A DNA stretch of 64,000 nt from Schizochytrium sp. TIO01 (GCA_004764695.1 SMSO01000032.1:2852001-2916000); one strand, 5' to 3'; positions 48,071 to 62,119 are shown, counted from the stretch's first letter. A program made the numbers and translations. Notes: a model not told the origin generated them from the sequence alone.

Positions 48071-51000
48071 GTTTGAAGCTTTCTCTTTAGGCTTACGACC
48101 TTATTCATATTGCTCAAAATGCGGACATGCATGTCCAATGTGCATTTGTATGTCATAAAGGGCTATTTCAAGACTAGAAATATCAAAAAGGGCGATTATT
48201 GTGATCGAATATGTCTATTTTTAGCAAAAATAAATAAAATTACAGGTAGAGTTCTTCATATTTGATAAATCTGATTTACGTTTGATCCGAACTATGCATA
48301 TTGGCTTCCAACCTTTGACAGGATAGTACGCGGCTGTCCGGTGCAATAAATGCTTTTTCCGAGGCTGTAGTTTTCTCGATTCTACTATTCAATTTTTTTT
48401 TAGCAATAATTACAGAATTTGAAATACTAGATCATGCGATTGGAAATGTGCCACTATACAAATCTAATCCTTTGCGCTTGTATATATCAATATCAAATTC
48501 GCAAGAGTTGTTCAAGAATTAGTTGACACTCATTACTCAAAGTCAAGGACCTTTTTGAGTTAAGTGCAACATTGCTACTTAATGGCAAGGTTATGAGAAG
48601 TAGGTATAATTGATCACATTGTTACCTCAGGGTAGAATGAACACAGAAATATATCATTTCTATTTGTTCGTCAATCGTCTTGCAATGTAGTTTTAAGGCC
48701 TCTGCTTGTATAATTGCTTTCCGAGGAGATGATAAGAAACGGTTAGTTTCTGCAAGCGGAACGGGAACTATCCCTTTGGCTTTCTCTTTAGGCTACGCGA
48801 GAGGTTACCCTAGCAACGATTCAACCTTTATAAAAGAATATCTAAGCAGAGCTTATCAATCAGAATATGAGCGAATTCATTAAACAAAAGTAAAGTTTTT
48901 GCGGATCAATTTTCTGGATTCAGGCTACTTCTGCTAGTAAACACTAACACCAGTAGAGCATTACGTTAGTAGGATGTTATGAACTCAGAAAGGCGCGCGC
49001 TGATTTGACTATCCCAGTCAAATGCGAAAAGAAAGTATTCACTCTCTGTGTAGCGGTGTAAAATTAGACAAGGCAATTATAAGGTCTTCTTAGCGGTGGT
49101 CTCAGATTTCATTATATAATTCTGCGCGGAGCAATACTCAACAATGGGAGGATATTTAGAATTATACACGTCACCCGTAGAAATAAAGCCTGTAAACTTC
49201 AGAGTTGAAAATAAATGTTATTTCTATATGTTATTTCTGCATAGTATTAGTAGATAGTAGTTTCATACCTTGCAATTAAAACTTGAAAGCTACGATGCAC
49301 ACTTGCAAACCTTTAGTGGCATCTGCAAGGTCATGGGTGAGTATTTTTCAATTTGTGCATACCAAATGGTAAATAATAAAATACGTTTGATGTGGACTTG
49401 TACATGCTAGCTAGCGCCTTTTATATTTTTGTTCTCATCCTTCAAGTTAAGTGCTCGCGCACCCTCCCCCCAAAAATAAATAAATAATAATTAAACTCTA
49501 AGAAATGGAGGTACTCTACTTTGCCACTCCCATGGCGAGCTTGATGAGCACGAATACGGAAATTAAGAATTGCAGACCATTTCCTTTTCTTTTCCTTCAA
49601 AAAAGAAGTCATATGCTGCATGTTGAAGCAGGCATTGCAGATTGTGTGTATCGAGTTTTCACTCTCTCAGTGAATGCTGGTCCTTAGGTATGTGCTGGCA
49701 TACAAATCGATCTCGGTCATTCTATATGAGAGTGTTTTAGAATTTGATTTAAGGGATTCGTCGACCAATCCAGTATTGTGCATGGATGGGTGGGTGCTTT
49801 GTGTTCTTAGCACTAACCTCCGTAGATAGGTATTAGAAATAGCACTTGCGAAACCATCGCACCGAGAAACGGGGATGGAGTAGATAGTACTCAGGAAGAC
49901 ACTCCTTTTGCACGCTCGCTCGTGAGCCCCTACGGTCGTTCTGGTCCCTGTAAAAATCCAGGTTTCGAAAAATAAATAACTAAACAAATACTAACTCGCT
50001 CTAGTTCATCACAGACAACACAATTACCTTGGCGAGCCGGCAGCAAACATCACGAACAGCGCAAACGCTCTGCTAACAGACACTGGAATCCCTCAATCAA
50101 CCAAGCTCCCTCGGGGGAAAGCAGTGCATATTTAGTACGCGACAAACCAGGCCAGCGCTGCGACATTATATCTTGAAGGCCAAATCCGCACTCGGTTTCT
50201 TGAACGGCGTGCAATCAAAATCGTCTTTTAGGTTTCTTGGCTTGATCAAGATTTGCAATTTAATTTCCCAACGATCGCTCGCTTTGCGCAAAGAAATCAA
50301 TCTTTACAGAAGTATCATCACTTCTGAGGTGGGAAACAAACACTTTTCAACTAAAACATTTTTTCTTTTTCTGTTTAAACCTAAAAACTAAAAAGACTGA
50401 AAAAATAATTAAGAAAATAATAATATAATATATAGCAATATATAGCAATATAATAAAAAATAGTTTTATACCAATCATTATATACGATGGGAGAAGCGCG
50501 TTAAATTAAAAAGACCCCCGTGAACTGGAACTGGAAGCTCAGTAGAAGTGAAGACTAAGGTTGGATAGGAAGAACCTGGGTAGGAGTGGTCCCTGTCAGA
50601 AAGCTCTGTGCTTATTCCTGAGTACTTTAAAGAGGGTTTGAGTGACCAGCCACAATTCGAAAAGGTAGTTTGCCCAACACAAATCGATAAATCACGCACC
50701 CAGAACCCTCAAGCTCGAACGATGGACGCATTCATTTGAGGCACTGCACTCGTCCAAGTGTGCAAGCAAGCAAGCAAGCAAGCTTTTCAGAAACAAGGTT
50801 CATAAGCGCCTCGCCAATAAGCTGATATTCCAGTCGCTTGGTTTTTTGAGGAGACCGGTCGATAGTGAGGAGGTGAGTACAATCATTTACACTATTTGCA
50901 GCTAGAATGAGCAGAAGCAAAAAAGGATGGACGGAGATTCTGTTTATTTATGAGATCATGCCCATGTGAAAAATTAGGTTTCAACGTAACACCTACTACC

Positions 51001-53577
51001 TTCGCATGTACTGTGAAGTAAATTTTCGCTTAGGGAGGGTGTATGTTTTGTGCGCGTGTGTTCGACTGCGCTTCTCCAAGTTGGATAGCATTCAAGGAAA
51101 GGCGTTGCTTCCAAAGTCCTTGTTTGCTCTTGGAATATCTGCGACGCAACTACGATAAGCAATCGGGCAGGTACTCGACGTTGCAGCTGCGTATCAAAAC
51201 TACGCCGGCACAGCGCCGTTGTGCAAGGCAAGGGTTGATGGGATTCCATAAACGTGTGAAAAATACACACCCTGAAGTACAACGAGCTAGAGTGATTTTC
51301 AGTAGGAAACACAACTGCACTGCCACATATATTTGCCGATGCTGCACTGGGTCAGAGGGTCGGAGCTCGTTCTCAAGCAACCGAAGTACCCACTCGAGCA
51401 CTTCTGGGAGACGCAGATCGGTAAAGGCTTTAATGACTTGAGCACGGGCCTCGAAAACTAATTCTGTCAATCGCTCATTCGGTCAACTTAACGCCATCAG
51501 ACAGCCGCTCGCAACTTCCTTAAACGATTGTAGCCATCGCGACTACGACTATCTACTGCAAAACACTCTTGCGCCTAGTAGGACTATTTTTCCCCTTCTA
51601 GGCTTTGAGCTAATATAAGCTTTTCATGAATTTTTAAACTCAGAAAATGATTTTGTTTAACCATTTAGGAAGAAAGTGAGACCAGCCGTTTTAATAAGAA
51701 CGAAGAAAGATGGGGGTTTGGGATTCCCAAACAAAAACATTTTTAACAAAATGGTCTTTTCCAAAGTATTTTATGATGGGTGATTAAAGATAATAATAAG
51801 GCGATCGTTCCGCTTAAAAGAAAGTGTTCTGGTCACTGATTGAACAGTTTGGACTTAGCAGCGCAGCAGATGGCTCGACCGGAGATCGATCTATGGAGGA
51901 ATTCGAAGCACCGGAGAATGGTTTCAACGGGCTTTCGGCATTGCTTGGTGCAAAACCGACAGCTTGGCAGCCACCAAACGTTAGAGGCCAGCCAAGGCTT
52001 GTCTGAATCTGGACGGACACCAAAGTGATACGAAAGGATGTGCACAAACCAAAAGCGGCTAGAGATTATTCCCCTATCTCTAGAGAATGCTTCCTGTGTT
52101 TGAAGTTCCAGGGGAGAAACCTGACAGATAGCCAACCTCTTACAGTCCACCCATGTTTTGTTGCCTTTGCGATGGCAAACGAATGCACGGCATTGCATGA
52201 CTTATCAATGCTCAAGCACGTGCTACAATGGGTGGTGTGAGCTGACCAACGTGGATATCGTTTGATCAAATTTGAAAACTAATTGCAACAAACTTACAGC
52301 CGCAAGGCAGGAAAGGCATTTGCGCACCTAAATTAGCGTATCTAGATGGTCTCTCCAACGGCCTCTTTCTTATGCAGGGCAAAGGTCTGAACCATGGTAG
52401 TATCGGACACCAGTCTGGTGTACAATTCTGCTTCGTGTAGAGGGTTAAATAGTGGCTTCGTCTTGAAGCTGCTGCGAAATGCTGATGATTCTGTTGTATT
52501 GGTGGTACACCAGGTGGTACAATTTCATTCTTAATTACGAAAGGGGCAAGGAAAACAACCCCTAGCAGCTTGGAGGTCACGACACGATATTCTTTGCACG
52601 CCTCGAACGCTGCTTGTTTTGAAGGCGCCTGTAGCATCTCGAGAGCATGCTTCTTCTCCACGCACAAGCGCTGTCTCTGTTCGCGAGCGCCACTTTGCTC
52701 ATTCGTGAAGGTCTGTACTCCTCATCGCGTAACAACATTCTTCTAAAGTACAACTAACTTTAACTTTTTTCCCCCCCGTTTTTTAAAGGTTAAAATAAAC
52801 TCTAAACACGGTTCTAACCAACCAGTACTTAGGTACTTGCTACAGGAAGTGCAAATATTCCATCTTGGCGTTTTTTAACAACTCTTGGAAGAAAACACAT
52901 GTATCTATCTTTTTATGGGACCAGTGAGAGGCTGGGCTCATATAGCGCCGCCGTCTCCGTGCCAGGCCGCCTGACCGCCGTTTGATCTCAGCGCCTAGAC
53001 AACTCTCGATTCCTGGGGCCTCCGGCCGGCCCTCGCCATTGAGCCTGGACACCAGCGAATCCACAGGCCTCTCCAAGCCCTTGCGGCTATTTGCCCAACT
53101 CCCAGCCAACTTCGACTTTTGAGTTTTACATGTTTACTTTAATTTCTTTTAACAAATGAAATTTAAAAATACAAACTCAAACTGTAAATTCATAGATAGA
53201 TTGATTGATTAATTGATTGATTGATAGGGCCTCCCACGGCACCTGCTAAGAGGTACATAGAGACGAACTAGAAGCCGCCAACTAACCTACAAGCGAATAG
53301 CGGCTGCTAGCGTCTACCTATTGGACTCCTAGCGGATGCTGAATGCCCATCCGTCGCGCCCATCCACGTGATCGACCTCCGCTCCGAAACACAAACGCAA
53401 TTCAATGCAACTCAATGCAATTCAATGCAATTCAAGCCAATCCAACGCAGTTCAACGTAAATTGACTCCCACCTGAGCTAACAAGCCGAGCCGCTCCTGA
53501 ACGAGGCCGACCGACTTGCTGGCCGACAGCAGCGGGACTGGATGAAAGCCAAAAAGCGAGACCTCGAAAGATAAGAT

Positions 53578-53579
<2 letters not shown>

Positions 53580-53652
<73 letters not shown>
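53580..53652. repeat. (GAAA)n microsatellite
   Basis: About 18 perfect units. Confidence 0.95.
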
Positions 53653-53885
53653 GAAAATGAGTTGATCGATATGCATGCATGGGATGCGCGAACGAACGTT
53701 TGAACGACGTGTGCTTTGGGGTAAATGAGATGACGGGTAGGAAGTTAGGTGGAAACAGTGCTTACATTCCCGCTTCTGAAGCGCTGTTGATAGGAAACTT
53801 GGGAAGAAGAAGGAAATAAATAGCAGCTACTGCTGTCATTACGCCTGAGGAATACGAATGAGAAGGGTTCTCTCTTTGCGGTATT

Positions 53886-53953
53886 GAATGAATGAATGAA
53901 TGAATGAATGAATGAATGAATGAATGAATGAATGAATGAATGAATGAATGAAT
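53886..53953. repeat. (GAAT)n microsatellite
   Basis: About 17 perfect units. Confidence 0.95.
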
Positions 53954-54866
53954 GTTTGGTTGGTTGGTTGGAGGAATAAAGCTAAGTAGGTGCACTCGAG
54001 GTGTTGAGAATGAAAGAAGGAGAGAGAGAGCCTTATTCTTGTTTGAGCTGCAAACGTTCTGTTCTCCTGCTTCTTGGCTTCTTCTTTCTTTCTTTCTTTC
54101 TTCATAAAGAAGTGCTCTGCCACTCCCACCCCCATCGTATTTTCTTTTTCTTTTTTTTTTTTGTTTTTTTTTTAACACTCATCATCGTGGGAAAAAAGAA
54201 TCAAAACCTCTCTTATCTGGTCATAAGTTTTTTTACCATGATTATAATATTAGGTTAGAGTAAGAATGATCATGATGCTATTCAAAATATCATTTTAAAA
54301 TAAATTTAACATTGATAAATATATATATACATATTTTTAATCAACAGTAATTATAGCAGTACTATTGCGGACAACAGCTTCGTGGCTATCGATTGATTGA
54401 TATATCACAATTGGAGGAGAGACTTTCAGACGAGACGAGCGGAGCGCATGGACTTTTGTGTGGGTCGGTAGGAGTATAGGTAGGTAGTAGGTAGGAGGTG
54501 GTGATATTAGTCGTTTGTTCTGGGTTGGTCTAGACTTTGGCGATGCGTGAGGGCTTTTTAACGTTAAGGTTGCGCTTCGAAGCCTCCTCCGAATCCTTCA
54601 TTGATTCGAGTTCTCCCTTCACTTTCACTTATTTGCGGTGTTCAGTATAGGAATTCTTTAAATTGTAACAACACCGAAAGTTAGCAGTATCTATACGTTT
54701 AGTAAGCTCAGAGCCTGGATTGTTTTCTTTCAAACAAAAAATATTTTATTTTATTTTAAATTTAAAATAAAAATAAAAGTATTGGAGCTCTGGGTGGACA
54801 GTGAAAGACTATATATAAGTGACATCAAACAGCTATTCTGACCCGACGCGGCAAATCCATATTGAG

Positions 54867-56429
54867 ATGACAAGCGGAAAGCCCGTGCGACCTCGGGCAA
54901 TGTTGGACTCGACGAAGCCCGAGGGTAAGCAAGTAGCGGGTAAGCAGGTAGCAGAAGCACCGTCCAGGACGAAGTTCTGCCTGGCTGTTGTGGTCTGCAC
55001 GTTCTGCCTTGTAGGTGTTCTTGAAATCCTAAGGGGGAACAGCGTGTCCTGCATCAGCCGTGACTTTGCGCTATCAGGGTCGTTAGTCAACGAGCCGTAC
55101 GAATCGGTCAGCAAGCCGTGGCCAAGAACGGACGAGCGCCAAGGCAAGATCTTGGGAGGAGATGCTCCTGCAGAAAGTGATCGTGCAAGTTCATCTTCAT
55201 CGTTCCTGGCGCCGCCTGCGTCAATTGTGACCTCTGATGATCGCACCGAGGACAAGGATGACGACAAGATTGCCAATCCAAAAACACAAAAGAAGCCCAA
55301 CGAGGACGGTGCTGAGGAATCCAACAAGACGGAGACGATTGCTGGCCAGGAACAGGCAAAATCCGAAGAATTAAAGCATTCAAGTGAGGCAAATTCTCCA
55401 GTGCAGAGCGCCAAGTCTCAAGAAAAATTGCCAACAGAGAAAGAGCCTGAGCGACCTCGCTCACGACCATACGCAAGACTTTTGCCGAGCTCCCGTAGAG
55501 GTCACGAGGGATTTCGCTTTGTTCATATTGCCAAAACTGCAGGTTCTACTTTCCAAGGTTTTATTAACCGTCATGTCGAAAAGGGCGAGCAAAAGGTCTG
55601 GCGTGAAGACTGCTTGCTAGGGCATACTCGGCACTGGAAAACTTACGACCCCAAGAAAGACTACGTTGCGTCCTTTTTTAGAGAGCCCCGTGCTCATGTG
55701 CTTTCCCAGTACTTCATGTGTGAAGAAGGTTGGTACGGTATGTACGACCGTGAGTACTCCCAATTCCCGCGCCCTTTGCCCAAAGGTCGTTTGACATCCT
55801 TGCAGAAACGGTATGATATGGCGTCAAAGGGGTCTTTTTCCACCAGAATGCGGGGAAGTATCGGTTCAAAATCAAGTTCCTTAAGCGCTATCAAAAGTGA
55901 ATTGGACAGGGCATATAAGACGCAGCTCAAGGGTTTTACAAACTGGATGGACTTCTTTCTCAATGATTGGGAGGTCTACAAAGGATACTATGGGTGCTAC
56001 CATCCTCTGTCTATGCAAACTCGTGGTATGACTTGCGTTGGTGAATGGGATTATCTTCATGGGATCATTGATCCAGCATACTTGAATCCTGACGTTGATG
56101 CAGCAATCAAAAACATGCAGTCGCTCTGGTTCGTCGGAGTTGCCGAACATTTCCACGAATCTCTATGTCTCTGGGAGTATCAATACAGAGGAACTCTGCC
56201 GATCTACTGCGACTGCGCTTCTGGAGCTAAGAGGCCGCCTTTTAAGAGTGATAGTCATGGAGTTGCCCATCACTCAGTCAACGATCTTTCTGAAGATCAG
56301 CTCAGAAGAATTGACGAGTTGACACGCCACGACAGAATCCTCTATAAAGAGGTGATCAAGGAGTTTATGGAGCGGCTTCACGAGGTCGAGCACACAACCG
56401 GCAAGACAATCATGTGCAACAAACCATAA
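54867..56429 (+). CDS. Type II membrane sulfotransferase-like protein (paralog 2)
   Basis: TM segment FCLAVVVCTFCLVGVL, disordered stem, HIAKTAGSTF (5'-PSB), FFREPRAHVLSQY (3'-PB); collinear similarity to 46733..48070. First ATG is at 54867. Confidence 0.88.
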   Translation: MTSGKPVRPRAMLDSTKPEGKQVAGKQVAEAPSRTKFCLAVVVCTFCLVGVLEILRGNSVSCISRDFALSGSLVNEPYESVSKPWPRTDERQGKILGGDAPAESDRASSSSSFLAPPASIVTSDDRTEDKDDDKIANPKTQKKPNEDGAEESNKTETIAGQEQAKSEELKHSSEANSPVQSAKSQEKLPTEKEPERPRSRPYARLLPSSRRGHEGFRFVHIAKTAGSTFQGFINRHVEKGEQKVWREDCLLGHTRHWKTYDPKKDYVASFFREPRAHVLSQYFMCEEGWYGMYDREYSQFPRPLPKGRLTSLQKRYDMASKGSFSTRMRGSIGSKSSSLSAIKSELDRAYKTQLKGFTNWMDFFLNDWEVYKGYYGCYHPLSMQTRGMTCVGEWDYLHGIIDPAYLNPDVDAAIKNMQSLWFVGVAEHFHESLCLWEYQYRGTLPIYCDCASGAKRPPFKSDSHGVAHHSVNDLSEDQLRRIDELTRHDRILYKEVIKEFMERLHEVEHTTGKTIMCNKP

Positions 56430-58964
56430 GTGAGGCTAGAGACATGACTCTATCCAAACTACAGCTAGCTGAAGACATCCTATGTCCCCTATTTCTTTGT
56501 ACTTTTGTTTTCATTGTATCCCCTTAGGCCGTTCAATTGATCTTTACTGTATTGTTATTATACTAGTTATAACTTTAGGTAGTGTGAAAGATATTCGTTG
56601 TTGTAAAGCCTATAATAGACCTTTCTCGCACATGTGTCAGCAACTAACCATTCGAAAAGTAAAAGTAAAGTTTCACTGCGCATTAGAGGAGAGGGAAAAG
56701 AAATTCGCGTAATGATTGTTAGAATCCAAGGGTTGGCATCCTCAAATCCCACTGCACTTTGTAATATTCAATTTTTGGTTTTTATTTTTGATGATGTATT
56801 ACTTCAACACCCACAGAGGAAGACAGATATGGTGGGTTTCCAAGGTCTTTTTCGTAAATCACCATCGTTATTGTTGGTTAGCCTAACCTCACCGAACTTC
56901 ATCAGCTCTGCATTTAGGGTTCGCCAGATGATGTGGCCCTACACCGGATAGGTAGAGACCACATTTCTATAAGTCTTGAATTTATAATTTTCAAACAATA
57001 TCCAAACCAGGAAGGTTCTGAGTTCGTGAGGCAATATCTTAAGAACACACAAAGATACAGGATATGACACTTTCCAGTTGTTGCATTAGCAAGATATAAG
57101 CAAGAACCATCGACACGGCTCTCCACCCCTACTGCCTAGAATATTCTCAAACAACAGTTCGAACTAACAATCAGTAGGCACCAAGCGAGATTTCGTCACA
57201 GGCCTCTGATTAAATTTGGCCAAATCTGCGGGTTCAAGAAACGGTACTCATACTCCCAAAACCAGCAACATCCTTTCGAATTGTAGTAGTACCTACTGGT
57301 TACTACCACCACCATTACTAGAATTATTATAAGGTGTTGTTAGGGTGAAAAAGTAGTTTTGTTTAGTTTTAAAAGTTTTTTAACCGTTTTCGAGGGACAA
57401 ATTAAAAGCACTAATATTAAAGCTAAAAACGTCTCCTCGATCATTAGATTGGGCAAGTGTAGCACACACAAACTCAATCTTATTTTAAAGGTGTTGGAGT
57501 AAATTTCAGTCGGCGCTTGCTTGGCTCTGCTCTCAAGAACTCTTAGTTTCTGAAAACTGCCTGAAAACAGTTGATTCGTTCGAGCAAGCAACAACTACAG
57601 AAATTGGCAGAGACTTGGCGTTCTGGTGAACTGAATGTTCATAGTTACTGATGCCGATATTTCGCCGGCAAAGTCTTAGTTTTGGCTTTTGAATGAAAAC
57701 GTAATCGATTATATTAATAGCACAATATTTCCAATGTTGTGCCCTCAAGTTTATTACTCACGTAGGGTTTACGGAGGGTTCTGAGAGTCCATTTATCGAC
57801 TCTGAAATCTGAAACGCTTCTCATTTATTCTTTAAAATCAAAGGCAGACAAAGAACTTTGAATTTGCAACCAGTCACCTTCGATTCTGGAAATTCTGGTT
57901 ACTATTTGGAATATTTTGCAGAATCTCCCATGGCTCGGTCTTACACAATAAGTCATGTGAGCTGACAACGAATTAAACTGAAGGAGACGGTGTGCTCTTG
58001 CAAAACACGTAGAACGAAAGAACGATTATCTTAGTTTTCCCTGGATTAAGTACAACCTCTCTTACACCTTTTGCACAGTTGAGGAGGTCAGTACGAAGTG
58101 CTTGCCAGCATTCACCATAGCAAGAAACGAAGTTCACATCACATTTGGGTTCGTCACTGTTGCTTTAAAAGTGACACCTTCTTCCTATCTCAATGATGCA
58201 ACCAACCAGTTTTGAATAGTATTGTTCCAATCAGCCATGACGAACATTCCTACTATCTGAAGGGAAATAGTTCAAGACTAAACCAACGGACCTTGAAACT
58301 TCATGGAACTATTGATATGATACACATGTTAGTAGTATCTGTAAGGTATGCGCTGACAGAAAGTATGAGTAACCTCTCTTCTCAAAGAAACGGAGAGGTG
58401 CTTAGTACCTGAACTTTTGCGCAAATGTTAGTAAGCCGGATCCTGTGCAGATCAGATATTGTAGAAAAATTTACGACAAAGATGTAACATAAAACAGAAT
58501 CTTCAGTAACGTGTGTCCTAAAGTCTTCTTTAAAGTGTAGTATTGCACTAGCCGCGCCAAAAGAAAGAAGGAAAAATAATAATACTTTTCACGGCCTCAA
58601 AGAAAGCTCAGGTACCCTTAAATTGACCTACCATCTCACTTATTCATATTGTTGGTGCTCTGTGTACACTCTGGGTATTGTAGAGCTCGTAGAGGGGAAC
58701 CTTGGGCTATTTAATCAGTCATTCTTGAGCGTCCTTAGCATTGCGAAATGGTGATGATGGCCTTTTATGTTCCGTGGTAAACTCCAAACGACATTACGAC
58801 TATCTCAAGGGCACTAGATGGGGATCGAAGCTTGAAGACAACTCCAGCCAGTAGATATAGGAGACTACCTCTCGCAAAGCAACAAATCCTTTTTAAATAA
58901 TTCTGTTCCTGGTAGCGTGGTTTTGTACTCGTGTCTAGCCAAGACAAGGTCTTCGTTAGCAACC

Positions 58965-60107
58965 ATGTCGTTCTTCGAGACAAACATCAAGCGAAATCAA
59001 ACGACAACACTCCTGATCGATGACGCATTCGAAGAAACAGATGTTTTCTTGCGTATGAGGGATGTACAGACTGTCGCATCTTGTCTAGCGATCTCAGCAG
59101 GCTTAGGTACATCCTTATACCTATTCTTTGTGAGCCGCAAGATCAATCGCAATGATGCACAAAAACATGTATTTTTTCTGCTCTGTGCGCATATATTCTT
59201 TATGATGCTGGACAATATCGTTATTCTGACTCTCTCGGTTGTAAATTTTAGCCCGTCGAGATGGCTTCAGTGCTCCATTCTGGGAACTCTGCCAAGTATG
59301 ATGTACGTGGCTGCACACACAATCACGTACTTGATTTTCATTCAACGTGCGCGCGTGGCTAACATGGTGCAAAGTAAATTCATGAAGCACTTGTTATTTC
59401 TCCTCAAATTTGGAACATACTCGATTCCAGGTTTCTTGATTTTTATGGCTATTATCATTCGAGGACGCCTTCTTCCAAACTATGTATGTATTCAAAGCTA
59501 CCCATGGTGGGTAGCAATATTGTTTTTGATCGCAGATTCGTCCTTATCAACTGGATTTTTAATTTTGTTCATTGTCCCAGTTATGTCCCAGATCAGTGCT
59601 ATGAAAAGTGCTGGGACCTCCGCAGAGAGTAGCAAGAAACTTGCTATTATCACGCGGAGAAATTGTTTTTGGTCAACTTTTATGATTAGCACATCTTTCA
59701 CCTTTATGCTGACAATTACAATTATTCCGATGCGACTGGCGCTAGGTGAAGTGCGCACAGACAATTATTACCACTTTTATTTGGTTGATTGGTTGATCGG
59801 ACCAATTGACTGTATCTTCAACTTATTTGGAACTCTAGCGATTACGATGCCTGTATGGAGACCCAAATCTGCTCGTGTCAAAGCAGAACAAAATTCTTCA
59901 AACCAACAAGCATCCAAGGCTAAACGTAAGTCTATGTTCTCATCGACTGGAAAGTCGACAACAGTGCACCCCCAAAATGGCACTGTCTTGGATCGAGAGT
60001 CTCTTACCTCTGCTACAAAATCTTCATCTGTGCCTACCATGGAAGCTTCACTGCCAATCGATGCGGAATTGTCAAATGAAGTTTATAATGGGAATGTGCA
60101 GAGCTAA
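58965..60107 (+). CDS. Seven-transmembrane (GPCR-like) membrane protein
   Basis: About 7 hydrophobic segments, Cys before TM3 and in the following extracellular loop, S/T-rich C-terminal tail. First ATG (accATG) is at 58965. Confidence 0.8.
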   Translation: MSFFETNIKRNQTTTLLIDDAFEETDVFLRMRDVQTVASCLAISAGLGTSLYLFFVSRKINRNDAQKHVFFLLCAHIFFMMLDNIVILTLSVVNFSPSRWLQCSILGTLPSMMYVAAHTITYLIFIQRARVANMVQSKFMKHLLFLLKFGTYSIPGFLIFMAIIIRGRLLPNYVCIQSYPWWVAILFLIADSSLSTGFLILFIVPVMSQISAMKSAGTSAESSKKLAIITRRNCFWSTFMISTSFTFMLTITIIPMRLALGEVRTDNYYHFYLVDWLIGPIDCIFNLFGTLAITMPVWRPKSARVKAEQNSSNQQASKAKRKSMFSSTGKSTTVHPQNGTVLDRESLTSATKSSSVPTMEASLPIDAELSNEVYNGNVQS

Positions 60108-62119
60108 GATGTGTCGTCGTAACAATCATTCATTTATTGGTATTAAGTCATAATTAAGTTTTCAGCTTTAAAAAAACAAAAACAAAAATCTGATGGAGGG
60201 CTTGTTGCTTCTTTATTGTTGGATTAAATGGTCCTGGTGTATGTAATGTGCTAAACTAAACCAAGAAGACACGTCTAGTTCATTTTCCGCGCCCACGCTT
60301 TACGATAAAGTTTACCGCATCCTTCTGGCAGAGCAGGAAATTCCTATATGGACAGATTTGCCCTTGTCATAGTTTCTAAAAGATGATGCCAGAATTGAGA
60401 CGAGGAGATATCCTACCACTGTTAGTATGGTTTCTTGCCACAATGAGGTACTTTGTATTTCCTCCTGAACTTTATAACTCTTCTGACAAGGTCTTCTATA
60501 CTCAAGAGCCTTTCAAGCAAACGCAATTTCCACTGTTTAATATATGCCATCATTCTATGTCTTGAAAGTCAGACCATGGATAACTCTCTTCTCCTAAGCG
60601 TTTCTTAAAACCCAAGAACCTAAGAAAATTATGTATCAAGCCAGCTTCTGATTGACGGTAGACAGTAAAGTCAGCACAAAAAAAAAGCAAATCTCATAGT
60701 GACTAGCTAATAGTTGATCCAAAAGCTTAAGGAAGGGCTTCTCCGGCATTCCTTCTTTGACGTTATTGCTGTCGTGCTCCATCAGAGACACCCGTCTCTT
60801 CTTCCAGCCAGCCTTGTGCCTACACAGTGTCCTACCGTCATTTTAGGTAGCCTTTCCTTTCGTGGTCTTGCTTAGTCATGCTTGCATGCTTGCTTATCTA
60901 GAACTTATTCTGCTCTCAAGTCTGTGGTTTGCGTGACCCGCGTCGTATCTGGTAGTCCAGCACAGCATCAACCTTGGCTGGAAACGATAATCGATGATCT
61001 GTCCTTTTCAGGATCTTGGTGATGTATTTAGTTGCTTTTACAAGTGTAGATCCCTTAGAAGGGGCGTTTTTACTTTAGTAGGTGGGTACCTACACATAAT
61101 ATTGAACAATTTGACGCCCAAGTTAACTCGGAAGCTTTTCAGTCAGTATTTCGCGGGCCACTTGGGTTGTCAAGTCCCGAGTTCTTCAGGTCAGCTTCCA
61201 TCTGGCGCTGTTCTTGGCGACAGGGCAATCTATTTAGAGGTAATGGGTTAAGGTGAAAAACTCACGGCACATCAATCCCTCAGTAATCTAGTTGGGTAGT
61301 GATGCTACTTAGGTACTACTCCTAGGCCGCCTGCGTAAAGTTCAATGAGTGATTTGCTTGCACGTCTTGAAGCTGGTCAGAACGACAATCCAGGTTGTAC
61401 CAAGAACCTCTAGGGCAACCTCTATTGTTTGAGCTAAAGTCTGTGGCGAGCGAGCTTCGACGTTCGTTCGTGGAAGGTCTCGTCTTCGTGCCAGAGACGA
61501 TGTTGCTTGTAAGGTTACGATCGTAGTGTGTTTTACGGGTTCATAGTTATGTGGTAAACTACTCTCGATTCTTATTTAGTGGCGAACTCTGAAGAGAATT
61601 GGCTTTGGAGCAGAGCCAATCTGAGCACATGGACTGGTAAGATCTAGGCAAAGCTTAGTGGTGATACTGGTCTGTAGAGCTCGGCGCAGTGAACGAAGAA
61701 CAGTACACTGGCGGCATTGGCATCTCTTCGGGCGTGCCTCGAGGATTTATCGAGATTCCTCAAATTTCGCAGTGCGGAATATATATCCGAAGAGTAGCTA
61801 CTTTGCAGCCTTCACGATGAGCAGATCCTCTTAATGAAATGAGGCGAAAGGATAGCATGTACTTAGCGGGTATCTTAGGAGTACTGATATTGGAGTAATT
61901 ATGAGCCTTGAAAATCCTCATGCTGAGAACTAGAGCATTCAGATCTTGCAAAGCCCGGAGCTGCAAACTCGAAACCCAAGCAAGCAAGCAAGCAAGCAAG
62001 CAGATAACAAGCAAGCGAACCCTCAAGAAAAAGCCTACTAATAGCAAGCAAGCTCAGGAAGTTCATCTCTGCAAAGACTAGGAAAGGCGAGGCGAGGTAA
62101 AACAAGTTGATCTGTGAAG

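Noticed and set aside
44610-48619. 11-bp inverted match ATGTGATCAAT (44610-44620) / ATTGATCACAT (48609-48619) as TIRs enclosing Fanzor and sulfotransferase 1
   Set aside because: Short, AT-rich, centred on the palindrome TGATCA, with no target-site duplication; chance is sufficient.
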